Origin: Limisphaerales bacterium
Lineage (GTDB): Bacteria; Verrucomicrobiota; Verrucomicrobiia; Limisphaerales; JAYPXF01
Reading direction: 5' to 3'
Length of the DNA: 64,000 nucleotides
Assembly: GCA_047608975.1 (NCBI GenBank)
Contig: JBLFYM010000006.1
Coordinates: 5,029 to 69,028 of the forward strand
This document shows, one piece after another, positions 1-11,066 of the stretch; position 1 is the first letter of the stretch, and each line of letters starts with the position of its first letter. A program made the position numbers and the translations under genes. The notes under the pieces were generated by a model. The model saw only the letters and a program-made list of their open reading frames with translations. It searched no databases and was not told the DNA's origin.

Positions 1-848
1 GGCGAACCGGCCTGCTGCCCGCGATAGAACTGAATCGTCTGGTTCATCTGGATGTGCAGACGGGTCATGACCTGACGGGCAATCTTCGAAATCAAAGCCT
101 GATTCGGATTGTCCGGCTCTTCATAAGCACCGCCCAGACTCACGAACCCTTCCTCGATCTTCAGGCGTTCAGCCTCATCCCAGTCCTGCTTGGATTCCGC
201 CGCAAAATCTTGGGTAATCGCATTCGCACCAATGTTGATGCTGCGGGAGAAGACCCGCCCGCCTTCAAAAAACAGCAGCGTGCTGGACTTCGCACCGATA
301 TCGAGGAGCATCACGCATCCTTCGCTGTCCCCGTAGTTGAACCGATAGGCGTTTGCCAAGGCAGCGGACGAAACATCGACCAACTGAAGCTCAAGACCCA
401 CCGCCTCACCCACCTTGAAGATACTCTCGACAACCTCGTTCTTGATCGCGACCAGAAGAATCTCCAACTCGTCGTTGGGCGTGCTACCCAGAATTTGGTA
501 ATCCCAAACCACTTCATCCAACGCGAACGGCACATTTTGTTGCGCCTCGTACTGAATGATCTGGTTTACCTTCGATGCCTCGACTGACGGCAGCTTGACG
601 AACTTTGAGAAAACCTGGAACCCCGGCGCGCAGACGTTGATCTCAACCGCTCCAAATCCAGTTTCATCAATCAGCTCCTTGATCGCGGACGCCACCATCT
701 CATCGCGGTCTTCTTCCTTGAAGCCTTCCGGCCCGAGAACCTTGAGCGCGTATCGTTGCAAACGGAGGGAACCGGACTCGTTGGGTTCAAATTCAGCGCA
801 CTTGATCGTAAACGCACCAAAGTCGAGACAGAGGAATGATTTCGCCAT
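1..848 (-). CDS. pilM: Type IV pilus assembly protein PilM (3' end outside window)
   Basis: Not in ORF track (no stop in window). Manual translation from ATG at 848: MAKSFLCLDFGAFTIKCAEF...FSKFVKLP...IIQYEAQQNVPFALDEVVWDYQ...LLDIGAKSS..., actin-like ATPase motifs typical of PilM; frame open to left edge. Confidence 0.9.
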   Translation of the reverse strand, partial: MAKSFLCLDFGAFTIKCAEFEPNESGSLRLQRYALKVLGPEGFKEEDRDEMVASAIKELIDETGFGAVEINVCAPGFQVFSKFVKLPSVEASKVNQIIQYEAQQNVPFALDEVVWDYQILGSTPNDELEILLVAIKNEVVESIFKVGEAVGLELQLVDVSSAALANAYRFNYGDSEGCVMLLDIGAKSSTLLFFEGGRVFSRSINIGANAITQDFAAESKQDWDEAERLKIEEGFVSLGGAYEEPDNPNQALISKIARQVMTRLHIQMNQTIQFYRGQQAGS

Positions 849-1020
849 AATTTGCTAGGGTTGATGATGTTTAAATACTTGAGTCTCAACTACATTGAAC
901 AATCCGGTAGGCGTCTCATCACATGGTGCCGATCAGGTGGCTAGGTAAGTTTAAAACGGGTTACGGGTCAAATATAAAACGGAACCATCCGATCGTCATC
1001 TGGGAGAATACCCCTAAGTG

Positions 1021-1995
1021 TCACGTCCGCCTGCGGAAGTATTCGATCGTCTGCTCCAAGCCAGTTGCCAGATCCACTTTCGGACGCCACTTCAGGATCG
1101 ATTTCGCTCGACCGATATCCGGCTTCCGTTGTTTCGGATCATCTTTGGGAAGCGGCTTGCGAACGATCCGGCTCCGAGAACCGGTCGCCCGAATGATTTC
1201 CTGCGCGAACTGAAGAATCGTCATCTCATTCGGATTCCCGATGTTCACCGGCATGTCGTAATCGCTCATCATCAACCGGTAGATGCCATCAATCAGATCC
1301 GAGCAGTAACAGAAGCTGCGTGTCTGCGAACCATCCCCAAACACTGTAATGGGCTTGTTCGCCAGCGCCTGGCTCACAAATGCGGGCACGACTCGGCCGT
1401 CCTTCAACCGCATTCGAGGCCCATAAGTGTTAAAAATACGGATAATTCTGGTCTCCACCTTGTGCTCACGGTGATATGCCATCGTCAAGGCTTCCGCAAA
1501 ACGTTTGGCTTCGTCGTAACATCCCCGCGGCCCGATCGTGCTCACATTCCCCCAGTAATCCTCGTTTTGCGGGTGAACCAGCGGATCGCCATAAATTTCC
1601 GAAGTCGATGCCAGAAAGAATCGAGCCCCCTTTTCCTTGGCCAATCCCAGCGCCTTATGGGTCCCCAATGATCCCACCTTCAAGGTCTGAATTGGCAACA
1701 ACGCATAGTCAATCGGGCTGGCAGGTGAGGCGAAGTGCCAGACGTAATCGACTTTCCCGTCCAGAAACAGAAACTCCGTGACATCCTGCTGAATGAACCG
1801 GAAATCCGAATTCCCAGCCAAATGGTCGATATTTTCCACTCTTCCAGTCACAAAGTTATCGATACCGATAACTTTGTGACCTTTCTTTAACAGTAAATCT
1901 GTTAAGTGTGATCCCAAAAAACCAGCTGCCCCGGTGATCACAGAAACGGGCTTAGCTTGCTTTTTGGGGGTGATTTTCTTCTTTTTGACGGCCAT
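1021..1995 (-). CDS. uxs: UDP-glucuronate decarboxylase family NAD-dependent epimerase/dehydratase
   Basis: [10 protein letters not shown] Rossmann motif, [31 protein letters not shown]; start placed at MAVKKK (ATG 1995). Confidence 0.9.
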   Translation of the reverse strand: MAVKKKKITPKKQAKPVSVITGAAGFLGSHLTDLLLKKGHKVIGIDNFVTGRVENIDHLAGNSDFRFIQQDVTEFLFLDGKVDYVWHFASPASPIDYALLPIQTLKVGSLGTHKALGLAKEKGARFFLASTSEIYGDPLVHPQNEDYWGNVSTIGPRGCYDEAKRFAEALTMAYHREHKVETRIIRIFNTYGPRMRLKDGRVVPAFVSQALANKPITVFGDGSQTRSFCYCSDLIDGIYRLMMSDYDMPVNIGNPNEMTILQFAQEIIRATGSRSRIVRKPLPKDDPKQRKPDIGRAKSILKWRPKVDLATGLEQTIEYFRRRT

Positions 1996-2057
1996 AAGAT
2001 GATTTGAGATTCCTCGGGGAGAAGGGTTGCGATTCGAAATCCTCAAAGCCAGAGCGC

Positions 2058-3446
2058 TTACTTGGCGCCGGTTCCGAGTACGACGACCGGAATCGTCTTC
2101 AGCAGGATCTTTAAGTCAAGCCACAACGACCAGTTGTCGATGTACTCCAGATCCAGACTTACCCAGTCCTTGAAACTCGTAACCTCGTTTCGCCCCCGAA
2201 TCTGCCAGAGACAGGTCAAACCAGGTTTTACACTCAATCGCCTGCGATGCGCCGGATCATTGATCCGCTTGATCTCGTCAACCGGCAAGGGGCGCGGCCC
2301 CACCAAGCTCATTTCGCATTTGAGGACATTCCAAAGCTGAGGCAACTCATCGACACTGAATTTCCTCAGAATCCTTCCGATCGGAGTCACCCTCGGATCA
2401 TTCGATATCTTGAACACGGGACCGTCCATTTCATTGAACGATGCCAACTCGGCTTTCTTTTGCTCAGCATTCGAGACCATTGTCCGAAATTTCAGCATGG
2501 TGAACGGTCGACCGTTGAGGCCACTGCGCTCTTGCCGGAACAGAATCGGCCCGGACGAGGTCAATTTCACCAGCGCACCGACAATGATCAGCGGAACAGA
2601 GAGCAGTATCAGAGCGAAGCTCGCCCCCACCACGTCCAACATCTGTTTGGCCACACCTTGCCACGATGCTTCCGGCGCGGACCGGAAAACGAGCATCGGC
2701 CGCCCCATCAGGTCATCCACAGTCGTCTGGGAAATTTGAGTCCGGAAGAAATCAGCGAGCAACCAGACTTCCACACCTTCCAGTTCGCAGATTTCAATCA
2801 CGCGTTCGACCTGCCCAAATAAGGCGTGCCCAGTGCTCAAAATAACCCCATTGGCGGACCGATCGTGCAAAAGCTCACTCAGTTTTTGCGGGGAAGCCTC
2901 CTCGATTTTCAATTCAGCCAGTACTTCCAGCGTGCCGCCAACCCGGATCTCAAAATCTTCCCGAATCTTCTTCGTCTCCTCAATATCTCCGATCAGCACC
3001 ACCCGGCGGCGCATTTGAGCCTTGCCAAATTCGCTCCCATTCCAGCGCCGCAATAACTCCTCCTTCAACATCACCAGCAGGAATCCGATACCTCCGAAGA
3101 GGATGATGACGGACCGCGCGAGTTCCTCTCTCGAAATAAACAGCAACGAGATCACTCCAATCGCCAGCAATGCGCCGGTTTTGAATGCTACCCACGCCGT
3201 TCCTCGCCGCGAAAAAATCATTGGCCGGTTGTAAAACCCTTGTGCTTTCAGGACGAGCGGAGCCGCCGGTGTGATGAAGACGAGCAACCACGCGTATCTC
3301 GAGAAATCGTGAATCTGAGCCAGTGAGGGCAGGTAAATCACTGCGCTGTCACGCAGCACATGGGCCAACCAAAGTCCCAACGCAAACAACCCCGCATCGA
3401 CAATCTGCGAGAGGGAAGTTCGGATCTGGCGTTGGCGCCGCAACAT
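2058..3446 (-). CDS. Polyprenyl-phosphate sugar-1-phosphate transferase (WcaJ-like priming glycosyltransferase)
   Basis: N-terminal TM helices; C-terminal Bac_transf motifs [35 protein letters not shown]. Confidence 0.92.
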   Translation of the reverse strand: MLRRQRQIRTSLSQIVDAGLFALGLWLAHVLRDSAVIYLPSLAQIHDFSRYAWLLVFITPAAPLVLKAQGFYNRPMIFSRRGTAWVAFKTGALLAIGVISLLFISREELARSVIILFGGIGFLLVMLKEELLRRWNGSEFGKAQMRRRVVLIGDIEETKKIREDFEIRVGGTLEVLAELKIEEASPQKLSELLHDRSANGVILSTGHALFGQVERVIEICELEGVEVWLLADFFRTQISQTTVDDLMGRPMLVFRSAPEASWQGVAKQMLDVVGASFALILLSVPLIIVGALVKLTSSGPILFRQERSGLNGRPFTMLKFRTMVSNAEQKKAELASFNEMDGPVFKISNDPRVTPIGRILRKFSVDELPQLWNVLKCEMSLVGPRPLPVDEIKRINDPAHRRRLSVKPGLTCLWQIRGRNEVTSFKDWVSLDLEYIDNWSLWLDLKILLKTIPVVVLGTGAK

Positions 3447-3604
3447 CGAAGTGAAACCTACGCCCTTCGACTGGGAGCCGTAAATACAATGTTCCCCCGA
3501 TTCGAAGCACTTTTACCAATAGTTGACACTCCGTTCGCCACGTCTTTGCTTCAACCGCTTCGAAAATCTGTATTCCCGTCGGAAGTCGTAAAAACAAGCC
3601 CCTC

Positions 3605-4318
3605 TCATGGCACGTCCATGAACTCAGGCGCCGCGCGTGAAAAGAACTGTGACAGTCTGCCAAAGGTCTCTTCTTCCCGGCCTTCCTCACAAAACGAATA
3701 GGCCGCCACATACGCCCAGCGCTGGAGCACGCCGGTTTTCAACTGCTCAACCGCCTGACGCCACATCCGATCGCGATGATTGGCAGTCACCTCGCCTTTC
3801 GTGACAAAGCAGTAAACCAAGACCGCCGACAGGTTCACGATCGATTTGTTCGCTGTCACGATGCTTCGCTGCGCAACAATACGGTTTACTGGAAGCTCCT
3901 TGTTCCCCACCCGCACGCGATGCGTCGTGTCCGAGACAATGCGCCAACCGTCTCCCGGCAGACAATACTGTGGTTGATGAATGCTCGTCCGGTCCGCCCC
4001 CATCAATACCACGTTGCACGCGATGGAGAAACCATCGGCGGCGGCCCGATACAGCCGCTGCCCATAGATCGTGTCCTTTGGCAGATAGTCGTAAACCGCC
4101 CGCTGCACGATTCCCGGTGTTGATTCAAAGCCACTGAGTTCGGGGAGGTAGACACTGGACGCGGTAATGGGCTGTCCGCCCTCGTCGTTCAGCGGAACCG
4201 CAACCACCTTCACACCGGGTTCCCCAATCCGTTGATTTTTCTTCAGGGAAAGTAGCAATCCCCCCGCCCCCAGGATCAATCCAATCACCATTCCAAACAC
4301 GAGCTTACGGCCAAACAT
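3605..4318 (-). CDS. epsI: Exosortase-associated EpsI family protein
   Basis: N-terminal TM, DRTSIHQPQYCLPGDGW motif, directly downstream of exosortase. Confidence 0.8.
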   Translation of the reverse strand: MFGRKLVFGMVIGLILGAGGLLLSLKKNQRIGEPGVKVVAVPLNDEGGQPITASSVYLPELSGFESTPGIVQRAVYDYLPKDTIYGQRLYRAAADGFSIACNVVLMGADRTSIHQPQYCLPGDGWRIVSDTTHRVRVGNKELPVNRIVAQRSIVTANKSIVNLSAVLVYCFVTKGEVTANHRDRMWRQAVEQLKTGVLQRWAYVAAYSFCEEGREEETFGRLSQFFSRAAPEFMDVP

Positions 4319-5354
4319 GCAACCTCCTTCCTGGCGCATGGGGCCATCGCCGGCGCAGCTTTCTCCGCTTCCGACGCCTGCTGGTTAGTCGCGCACGATC
4401 ATCACCACGCCCGCAGTTCTCGCGCAGCAACCACCCCAAGAAGAACAGCCCCGCCAACGCGGGAAGATAAGGAATCAGTCCCAAAACTGCGTTGTCGTGA
4501 ACAAAATTCCCCGCGTCCTGCCCAAAAATGTCCGCCGCTACAATGATCGAAGTCAGCCGCACCACATTGCTGGCAACGGCCAATGGGAACGCCATGAACA
4601 CCATCACACCGCGACGCCACCACGATTTGAACCAGAGGAACGCGCACACAAACGACAGCGCCAGAATCGCCGTCAAACTACGTAATCCACTGCAAGCCGC
4701 CGCGACTTCGTACGAAAACTTGCCATCCGGATCCAATACGGACGTCCCCTTTTGAATCACCTCCACCCCCAGTCCCAGATTCGCAATCAGGACGGTGATA
4801 TCCGTGGAAATCACGCGCAAAGGCTGGCTGAACGTGTCGCTCAAGGAACCCAGCGGCACGGAAAAAGCGAAGAGGAACCAAGGGAAGAACGTAGCGCGTA
4901 GCCACTGTGGCCCCCACACCACTCCCATTAGCGCGTAGATCCCGGAAAAGAATGCCACAATCGAGATCCGTGCCTGTTGCACCTGAAATCCTGCGACATG
5001 CAAGGCCAACGCACATCCGAGCAAAATCAACCCGGGCCACCAGACCCGTTTCGGAGTCACCGCGAGTTCATCTTTGTTCCACCACAGCAACACCACAACC
5101 AGCAGCGGAATCAGATATCCGTGCTCGTCATCAACGCGGTTGGAATAGGCGTAATCCATCCAACCGAACAAGCTGGCAGTGTCCACATATCCCAAGGTCG
5201 AGTTTCCCAAGAAATGAAACAGCCCCAGCCAGAGCCCCAGCAGCAGCGCAAAGATCCCTTTGTCAGGCAACTGCGCGACAAGCTCCCGCACCTCGGCGAC
5301 CAAACCACCTTCTGAGTCCGCCTTTGATTTGGATCTGGATCCCGGGGCACTCAT
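4305..5354 (-). CDS. Exosortase (EpsH family transpeptidase)
   Basis: Multi-TM; DDEHG, VAAACSGLRSL catalytic Cys, NVVRL Arg, FVH His. Confidence 0.9.
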   Translation of the reverse strand: MSAPGSRSKSKADSEGGLVAEVRELVAQLPDKGIFALLLGLWLGLFHFLGNSTLGYVDTASLFGWMDYAYSNRVDDEHGYLIPLLVVVLLWWNKDELAVTPKRVWWPGLILLGCALALHVAGFQVQQARISIVAFFSGIYALMGVVWGPQWLRATFFPWFLFAFSVPLGSLSDTFSQPLRVISTDITVLIANLGLGVEVIQKGTSVLDPDGKFSYEVAAACSGLRSLTAILALSFVCAFLWFKSWWRRGVMVFMAFPLAVASNVVRLTSIIVAADIFGQDAGNFVHDNAVLGLIPYLPALAGLFFLGWLLRENCGRGDDRARLTSRRRKRRKLRRRWPHAPGRRLHVWP

Positions 5355-6541
5355 GCGTTCCGCGCGGCGCGATAGGACTTCAGCAGTTGATCCACTGACG
5401 CTTCCCAGTTCAGTTTCCTGGTAAGGCGTTCCCGACCCAATGCCCCCATTCGTTCGCGCTGCTCGGGATTATCCAACAGCTCAACAATTGCCTCCCCCAA
5501 CAGACGCGGATCATTCCCGCGGACGTACAACGACGCCTCGCCGGCGGACGCCCGCCCCTCAGCGAGGTCGAACATCACCTGAGCCTTACCAAAGGCCATA
5601 TATTCCAAAACCTTGTTCATGGTGCAGTGATCATTGTAACCGTTGCGCGGATCGCCCGATACGCCAAGGTCCATCGTTTTCAACACCGAAAAGAGAAATT
5701 CATCCGCCACCCGACCCGGCATCTCGACCGCGTCCTCCAACTTCAAAGCCGCGCGCCGGTCTTGCAAGGCATCAAATTCAGGCCCCGTTCCCATCAGCAC
5801 AAACTGGATGTCTCGACGCTTCAACCCATTTACCACATGCGCGATCGCCTCCAACAGCAGATCCACACCGTCGGCATTTCCCATCACCCCCACATAGCCC
5901 ACGAGAAACTTCTTGCCCCGCTTCAACCCCGGATTGGCAACCGCATCACCGGCCACAATCAGGGGAGACGTACGGACCACGTAAACATCCTCATCCCGCA
6001 TTCCGCCGCGGGACATCGCCACGCGCTTCACTGACTCGTTCGTCGCCAAGGCGATGTCAGCGCAGAGGTAGGTACACCGTTCGAAGACCCGCACCAACCA
6101 ATACAGCAAACCACGACATTCAAACTTCGCCTCGAACATCTCCGGCCAGACATCGTGAATGTCGTAAATCACCTTCACACCCGCAAACAGCTTGAAAGGG
6201 AGAGCCACGATCCAAAGCAGGTCGGGCGGATTGCACAAATGAATTACCTCAAACTGATGACGTCGCCAAACCTTCCAGGCCAATCGCAGTTCGCCCCCCA
6301 ACGCGGAAGCGTACTCACTGAAAAATCCCGAAATCCCCCGCGCTTCCTCACTGATCCAATGACGGTAGACATGAATCCCATCGATCACCTCTTCCGGCTC
6401 AAGGTAACCGCGCATCTGCGGGCAGATCACGACCACTTCGTAGCCGGCATCACGCAAGGCACAGGATTCCTGCCAGACCCGCCGATCCAACGGCACAGGC
6501 AGATTTTCGACGACGATCAAAATGGCAGGCTTGCTTGCCAC
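5351..6541 (-). CDS. Glycosyltransferase family 4
   Basis: VENLPVPLDRRVWQE, YDIHD, MNKVLEYMAFGK; GTG start at 6541 inferred; ATGA overlap with exosortase. Confidence 0.9.
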   Translation of the reverse strand: MASKPAILIVVENLPVPLDRRVWQESCALRDAGYEVVVICPQMRGYLEPEEVIDGIHVYRHWISEEARGISGFFSEYASALGGELRLAWKVWRRHQFEVIHLCNPPDLLWIVALPFKLFAGVKVIYDIHDVWPEMFEAKFECRGLLYWLVRVFERCTYLCADIALATNESVKRVAMSRGGMRDEDVYVVRTSPLIVAGDAVANPGLKRGKKFLVGYVGVMGNADGVDLLLEAIAHVVNGLKRRDIQFVLMGTGPEFDALQDRRAALKLEDAVEMPGRVADEFLFSVLKTMDLGVSGDPRNGYNDHCTMNKVLEYMAFGKAQVMFDLAEGRASAGEASLYVRGNDPRLLGEAIVELLDNPEQRERMGALGRERLTRKLNWEASVDQLLKSYRAARNA

Positions 6542-6619
6542 GCGGCCGCGGAGTCTAGGGAAACAAAACCTGATTGCAAATTGACAATCCGCCCGGCGAC
6601 GGTGGCGCACTCTCCCCCA

Positions 6620-7906
6620 TCATCGCTTTTGCAATTCCTTCAACTTTCGTGCCGCCAGATTGTTCTTCTTTCGGGCGGCCGACTCGAGCAGCTTCATCCC
6701 CTTCGCTCGATCCTCCGCCACTCCGCGCCCGTCCAGATATCTCAATCCCAGACTGTATTCCGCCGAAGAGTAACCCTGCTTGATTCTCCGCTCCAAGTAA
6801 GCCACCGCGCGTCGGTCCGATGCCGCCTTCTTCTTCTCCTGTTCTTTTTTGCGTTTTCCCGCCGCTGCACTTGCCGCGTTGTCCCGCTCCGCGCGCATGG
6901 AAGCGCCGCGTTTGGCCGCCGCCGCCTCCACTCGCGCGATCATTGGCGCAGACGGATTCCCACCGAAGTCGTATGCCTTCAATGGGCGTACGGGTTGAAC
7001 CGACGAGCCTTGCGGCATGACAAACGTTCCATTGCTCCGGGCCAGAAAGCCAATCTGCTCCGACCGATCCACCCCGCCCAATCCCGGCACGTTCGTCAGA
7101 TAGATCAGCTCATCTCTGCCGTGATAGGTCTTTAACAGACGCGCAACCAACGCGTTGTCCAATTTGGACTCGACCCGGGCCGCGAAAAAATTCCAGCCCC
7201 CCGGAAAATGGATCACCCCATTTCTTACCGCATAATCCAACGAACGCAAATCCGTCACCGTATTTCCAAACAGACGGTAAGGGGCACGAAACGCCACGCT
7301 CACAAATTGCTGATAAGTCTCATCGTTCATCCGCACGGGATTCGGCGCCACGGTCGGTGGCAATTCCGGAAACTCAATTTTGAGCACTTGCGTCGGACGT
7401 CGCGGCATCCGCTTGAGGACCGGCACGACCGCCACCGCTTTTTCAGGCGGCTTCACCTCCCGCGCAGCGTCGGCCCCAGCGACATTCGCGCTCTTCTGTT
7501 CTGCCTTTGCCCGGCGGGTCGCTTCCTCAACAAAGACGTAAACAAAGAAGCACGCCACCAACAGCAACGTGCAACCGATTCCGATGAGCAATCCCCGATC
7601 CCCCTGGCGCGCTGGCGTTGGCGCTGGCGCGGACACGGGACCTGCAATCTCTGGCAGCGGCTGCGCCTCAACCTTTTCTTCACTCTTCGGTGCCGGAACC
7701 GCCTCCGGCAACGGAGGCGGTTCGATCGCGTACTCATCCAGCGATTCCTCGGGTATGGACAGGAACCTGTAAACCTCCCCGCCGTCGATCGTCACCCCAT
7801 CAAGAACCGTCACCTCGCCACATTCCGGACACGCCATCTCCCCCCCCTCCTGCGGGTCATCGTAACGGATCGCGTGATCGCAATTTGGACAGTACTTTTT
7901 TGGCAT
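6620..7906 (-). CDS. Hypothetical membrane-anchored protein: N-terminal zinc ribbon, C-terminal Sel1-like repeat
   Basis: CPNC...CPEC, acidic/Pro linker, single TM, AEYSLGLRYLDGRGVAEDRAKGMKLLESAA. Confidence 0.75.
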   Translation of the reverse strand: MPKKYCPNCDHAIRYDDPQEGGEMACPECGEVTVLDGVTIDGGEVYRFLSIPEESLDEYAIEPPPLPEAVPAPKSEEKVEAQPLPEIAGPVSAPAPTPARQGDRGLLIGIGCTLLLVACFFVYVFVEEATRRAKAEQKSANVAGADAAREVKPPEKAVAVVPVLKRMPRRPTQVLKIEFPELPPTVAPNPVRMNDETYQQFVSVAFRAPYRLFGNTVTDLRSLDYAVRNGVIHFPGGWNFFAARVESKLDNALVARLLKTYHGRDELIYLTNVPGLGGVDRSEQIGFLARSNGTFVMPQGSSVQPVRPLKAYDFGGNPSAPMIARVEAAAAKRGASMRAERDNAASAAAGKRKKEQEKKKAASDRRAVAYLERRIKQGYSSAEYSLGLRYLDGRGVAEDRAKGMKLLESAARKKNNLAARKLKELQKR

Positions 7907-8064
7907 GAGCCCGCCCGATAACGGCTGTTGAGCTTAGGTCACCACAACGAAGCCTGTCGAATCCGCATTGCTGCCACGATTCTCGAAAAAAAGAGACCGG
8001 TTCGAGCAGGTGTCCCAAGGCATATCGCCCGTGGTGGAAGTCAGCTATTGAACCGCGTCCGTGA

Positions 8065-9402
8065 CTACCGCTCCCCGTGGACCGGGCGAGCCGGATCCCG
8101 CGTCGTGTAAATTGCCAATGCCTGCGCCAATTGGCGGCCGACCGTCCGGTAGCCCTCCTGCGTGCTGTGTGGAGTATTCCAAACCGTCTCCAGCGTGCCC
8201 GAGATAGCATGCTGGCCGGCGTTATGCCTTACCCAGTTGCTGCTCATTCTCAACCGCTCCTCCTCCGTTTTCACGTAGGAGGCCACTTTGTAGTGGGAAA
8301 GTAACGCCAGGGGTCCATCGATCGATTTCGCCGCAAGTGCGATCCACTCACGATAGTTGCGCTGCTGCATGGGACTGAGTTCCGACAGATTGAAAGGCCC
8401 GAAAAAATAGGGACGGCGCTCACTCGGGCCAGGGTTGTGCAGATCGATGAAAACATGGAGCTGATCTGCCGCGTTCAAGTCCATCAACCGCTTCTGTGCT
8501 GCGGCCACCTCCGGGTAAACCGGTTGGTCGGCCCAGTCACGGTTGTGATCGCGTGGAACTGCATCCTTCCCTCCTGCTCCCCGCGCGGCATTGTCCACAT
8601 CCATGATTGGAATGTAATAAATCGTCGCCTGCTCCCTCAGCTTTGCCGCCCCGGGATCGTCGCTCGCAGCCCACTCGATGAATCCGCGCCCAACCCAGCA
8701 ACTGCCGGATTCCCAGGCATGCTGCCGCGCCTGCACCCACACACCCAATTTGCCACTGCCGACACGAATGCCATTGACCGGCCTACCGCCTCGCGTTTTC
8801 GCCAGTTCGAAGCGCTCGGATGCTCGTGGCAATTTTTCGGCGATAAGCCTCAGCAATTTCTCGGCATCGGAGGGCACAAACGGAGGCCCCCAGGCCAACC
8901 AGATTCGTTGTGCTGGCGCCTCGAAGGTGTAGGTCGCGATCCGATTCGCGCCCATAGACGCAGGCGGCGATTGGGTGAAGATCACATTGTCGCTGCTGAT
9001 GGCAACGCGCTGCGGCTGGGCCCAGCTGGCGGCCAATACCCGGGTGGCCCGAAATGGTTTCGGGTTCGCGCTGATTTTGAGCGTGACGGTCTTGCCCTCT
9101 TCCAGCCCGTCGACCCGGAAATACCACCAGCACGGCCAGCCGCGCTCAAAATTGAGTGCCGGACAAATGTGGATTATCTGAGCTTTCGGATCGATCTCAA
9201 CGATCTCAGCCGAAGCTCCCGGGAAATCCGTACTCACACTGAGTTTCGTTTCCGCTACCGCAGTGAGGCTGGAGACAAGCCCCAACAGCGCGAAAGCAAA
9301 TGCCCGCCCGGAAAATGCTTTTCTGTCCGGACCTCGCGTTCGCCGAGGGATGTCGGGCCAAGATTGACCGCGTGAGGTGAAGAGAGGAGCGACTTCTTTC
9401 AT
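8065..9402 (-). CDS. M14 family zinc carboxypeptidase-like secreted protein
   Basis: ARQHAWES (HxxE), DHNRDW, FIDLHN; start uncertain. Confidence 0.8.
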   Translation of the reverse strand: MKEVAPLFTSRGQSWPDIPRRTRGPDRKAFSGRAFAFALLGLVSSLTAVAETKLSVSTDFPGASAEIVEIDPKAQIIHICPALNFERGWPCWWYFRVDGLEEGKTVTLKISANPKPFRATRVLAASWAQPQRVAISSDNVIFTQSPPASMGANRIATYTFEAPAQRIWLAWGPPFVPSDAEKLLRLIAEKLPRASERFELAKTRGGRPVNGIRVGSGKLGVWVQARQHAWESGSCWVGRGFIEWAASDDPGAAKLREQATIYYIPIMDVDNAARGAGGKDAVPRDHNRDWADQPVYPEVAAAQKRLMDLNAADQLHVFIDLHNPGPSERRPYFFGPFNLSELSPMQQRNYREWIALAAKSIDGPLALLSHYKVASYVKTEEERLRMSSNWVRHNAGQHAISGTLETVWNTPHSTQEGYRTVGRQLAQALAIYTTRDPARPVHGER

Positions 9403-9427
9403 GGTAGGATTCAAACTTTGCCAGCCA

Positions 9428-10768
9428 TCAAATCAGCGTGCGGCTCAACCATCGGTCATACCACGCGAACGTCAGCCGCCGGGCGACACCCGGATAGCTG
9501 TGACCGCCAGGAAAGGAAAACCAGCTGAAACAATCCGCGGCTCCGATGCCGGCAAGAATTCCCGGAATTCGCTGGGGCGCGACGCGGTGTTGGGATTCGT
9601 AGTACTTCAGCGTTTCGGCATAACCGATGCGCTGCTGCCGCGCCGCCACCACGCTGGGCAGTCCTTTCTCATCCTTCCAGTTCATGTAAACCTTGAAAGC
9701 CTCCAGGCACTTCGGAAACGTCTTGTGGTTATGAAACTCGTATTCCGTCGAGATGATCATCAGCGGCCGCGGTGCCACCATCATCATCAGATCATCGAAA
9801 TCCACCGGAATGGGTCTGGTCTGATCCTCGATGTAGGGACGGAAGTTTTTGATGTAGATGTAGGGACCACTGTTGGTCTTGAACCCAAAACGTTTCTCGA
9901 GCGTCTTGCTGCTCGTCGGCGGATCAATGCCCTTTTTCCACGGCGTCCACGAGGTCGGTACCCGGGACCAGTGCGAAACCTTGCGATGCCAATCAAGGAC
10001 GCCGCCATTGCTGATCGTGGCCGTGATCCGTGGCTCAAACGCCGCCGCGAACAGCGCCGTATGTCCGCCCAATGACCAACCGGTGCAGCCAATCTGTTCG
10101 TGGTCCACGAAATCCAACGTTTGCAGAAAGTCCACACTGCGCATGACGTCCCAAATGCTCTTGCCGATGATCGACCACTCGGGATGTTTGAGATAGAAAC
10201 CGCGGGTATCCATCACCCGCTCATCGGGTTTGATTCGCTCGCCATCGGTGAGCAGATCAATGCTCAACGTGACGAAGCCATGGCGCGCCAGTTCGAGGCC
10301 GGAGGCGGCTCCCACTTGCGGATCACGCGGCGGATCCACCGGACGCCGGCCTGAAAGTCCGATGGTACTGTCCTTGCCAGACCCCCAAGTGGTGCTGTGC
10401 AGGCAGACGATCGCTGGCGTTGGTTTCTTGTAGGCCGCATCTGGAACCAACAGCCACGCGGTGACACGATCATCCGACTCGGCCTGAAAGCTCACATGAT
10501 AACGCGTGATCCCATCTTCCTGCGCAACCTTCTTCATGACGGGTCGCAGCGCCGGAATCTCGGTCGGGAAGTCGCCCAGCAGATCGAGCCACGCCCGTTC
10601 GATTTTCTTCCTCCGCCCTGGCCACAAGAGTCCCGGATCGGTTTCAGCTTTGGTAGCTCTGCTTTTCTCCGCAGCCAGTCCGACCTTCGGAAAAAAGGCT
10701 ACTCCTCCCAGCGCCGGGAGGCCTAGCTCAAGCACCTTGCGACGACTAATTCTTGATTCTTGTTCCAT
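9428..10768 (-). CDS. Alpha/beta hydrolase (esterase/dienelactone hydrolase-like), putative Tat substrate
   Basis: SRRKVL twin-Arg leader, GWSLGG nucleophile elbow, GGHSY His. Confidence 0.85.
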   Translation of the reverse strand: MEQESRISRRKVLELGLPALGGVAFFPKVGLAAEKSRATKAETDPGLLWPGRRKKIERAWLDLLGDFPTEIPALRPVMKKVAQEDGITRYHVSFQAESDDRVTAWLLVPDAAYKKPTPAIVCLHSTTWGSGKDSTIGLSGRRPVDPPRDPQVGAASGLELARHGFVTLSIDLLTDGERIKPDERVMDTRGFYLKHPEWSIIGKSIWDVMRSVDFLQTLDFVDHEQIGCTGWSLGGHTALFAAAFEPRITATISNGGVLDWHRKVSHWSRVPTSWTPWKKGIDPPTSSKTLEKRFGFKTNSGPYIYIKNFRPYIEDQTRPIPVDFDDLMMMVAPRPLMIISTEYEFHNHKTFPKCLEAFKVYMNWKDEKGLPSVVAARQQRIGYAETLKYYESQHRVAPQRIPGILAGIGAADCFSWFSFPGGHSYPGVARRLTFAWYDRWLSRTLI

Positions 10769-11066
10769 AGTTTCAACGAGCCGGTGACACATCACCACAT
10801 TGGCGTGCGCGAAATCGGATTCGGCTACGACCCGTATTCGAATCCGAGACGCGGTCAACCAGGGTGTTCTGATTCAATGACGAAAACTTCGCGGATTGCT
10901 GCTCCAACAGGAAATAAGATCGGGGCATGATCTGAACAGCGCTGGTAAATCATAGTGGCTGCCATGACCGTTCCGGGAGTGCAGATCCTTCGTTCTCAGA
11001 GGTGTCACTTGCGATGCCATTCTTGTTCGCCAAACGATCCTCGGATCAGGCCGTAGTTTTGGACCG

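Noticed and set aside
54-587. Plus-strand ORFs over pilM, and the many long antisense ORFs elsewhere (e.g. 12735-13622, 16500-17405, 30805-32394, 47354 extension)
   Set aside because: Shadow frames of well-supported genes in GC-rich DNA; no motifs
4305-4420. Basic C-terminal tail of exosortase as a frameshift
   Set aside because: Catalytic core is complete and a short overlap with epsI is normal; no direct evidence of an indel
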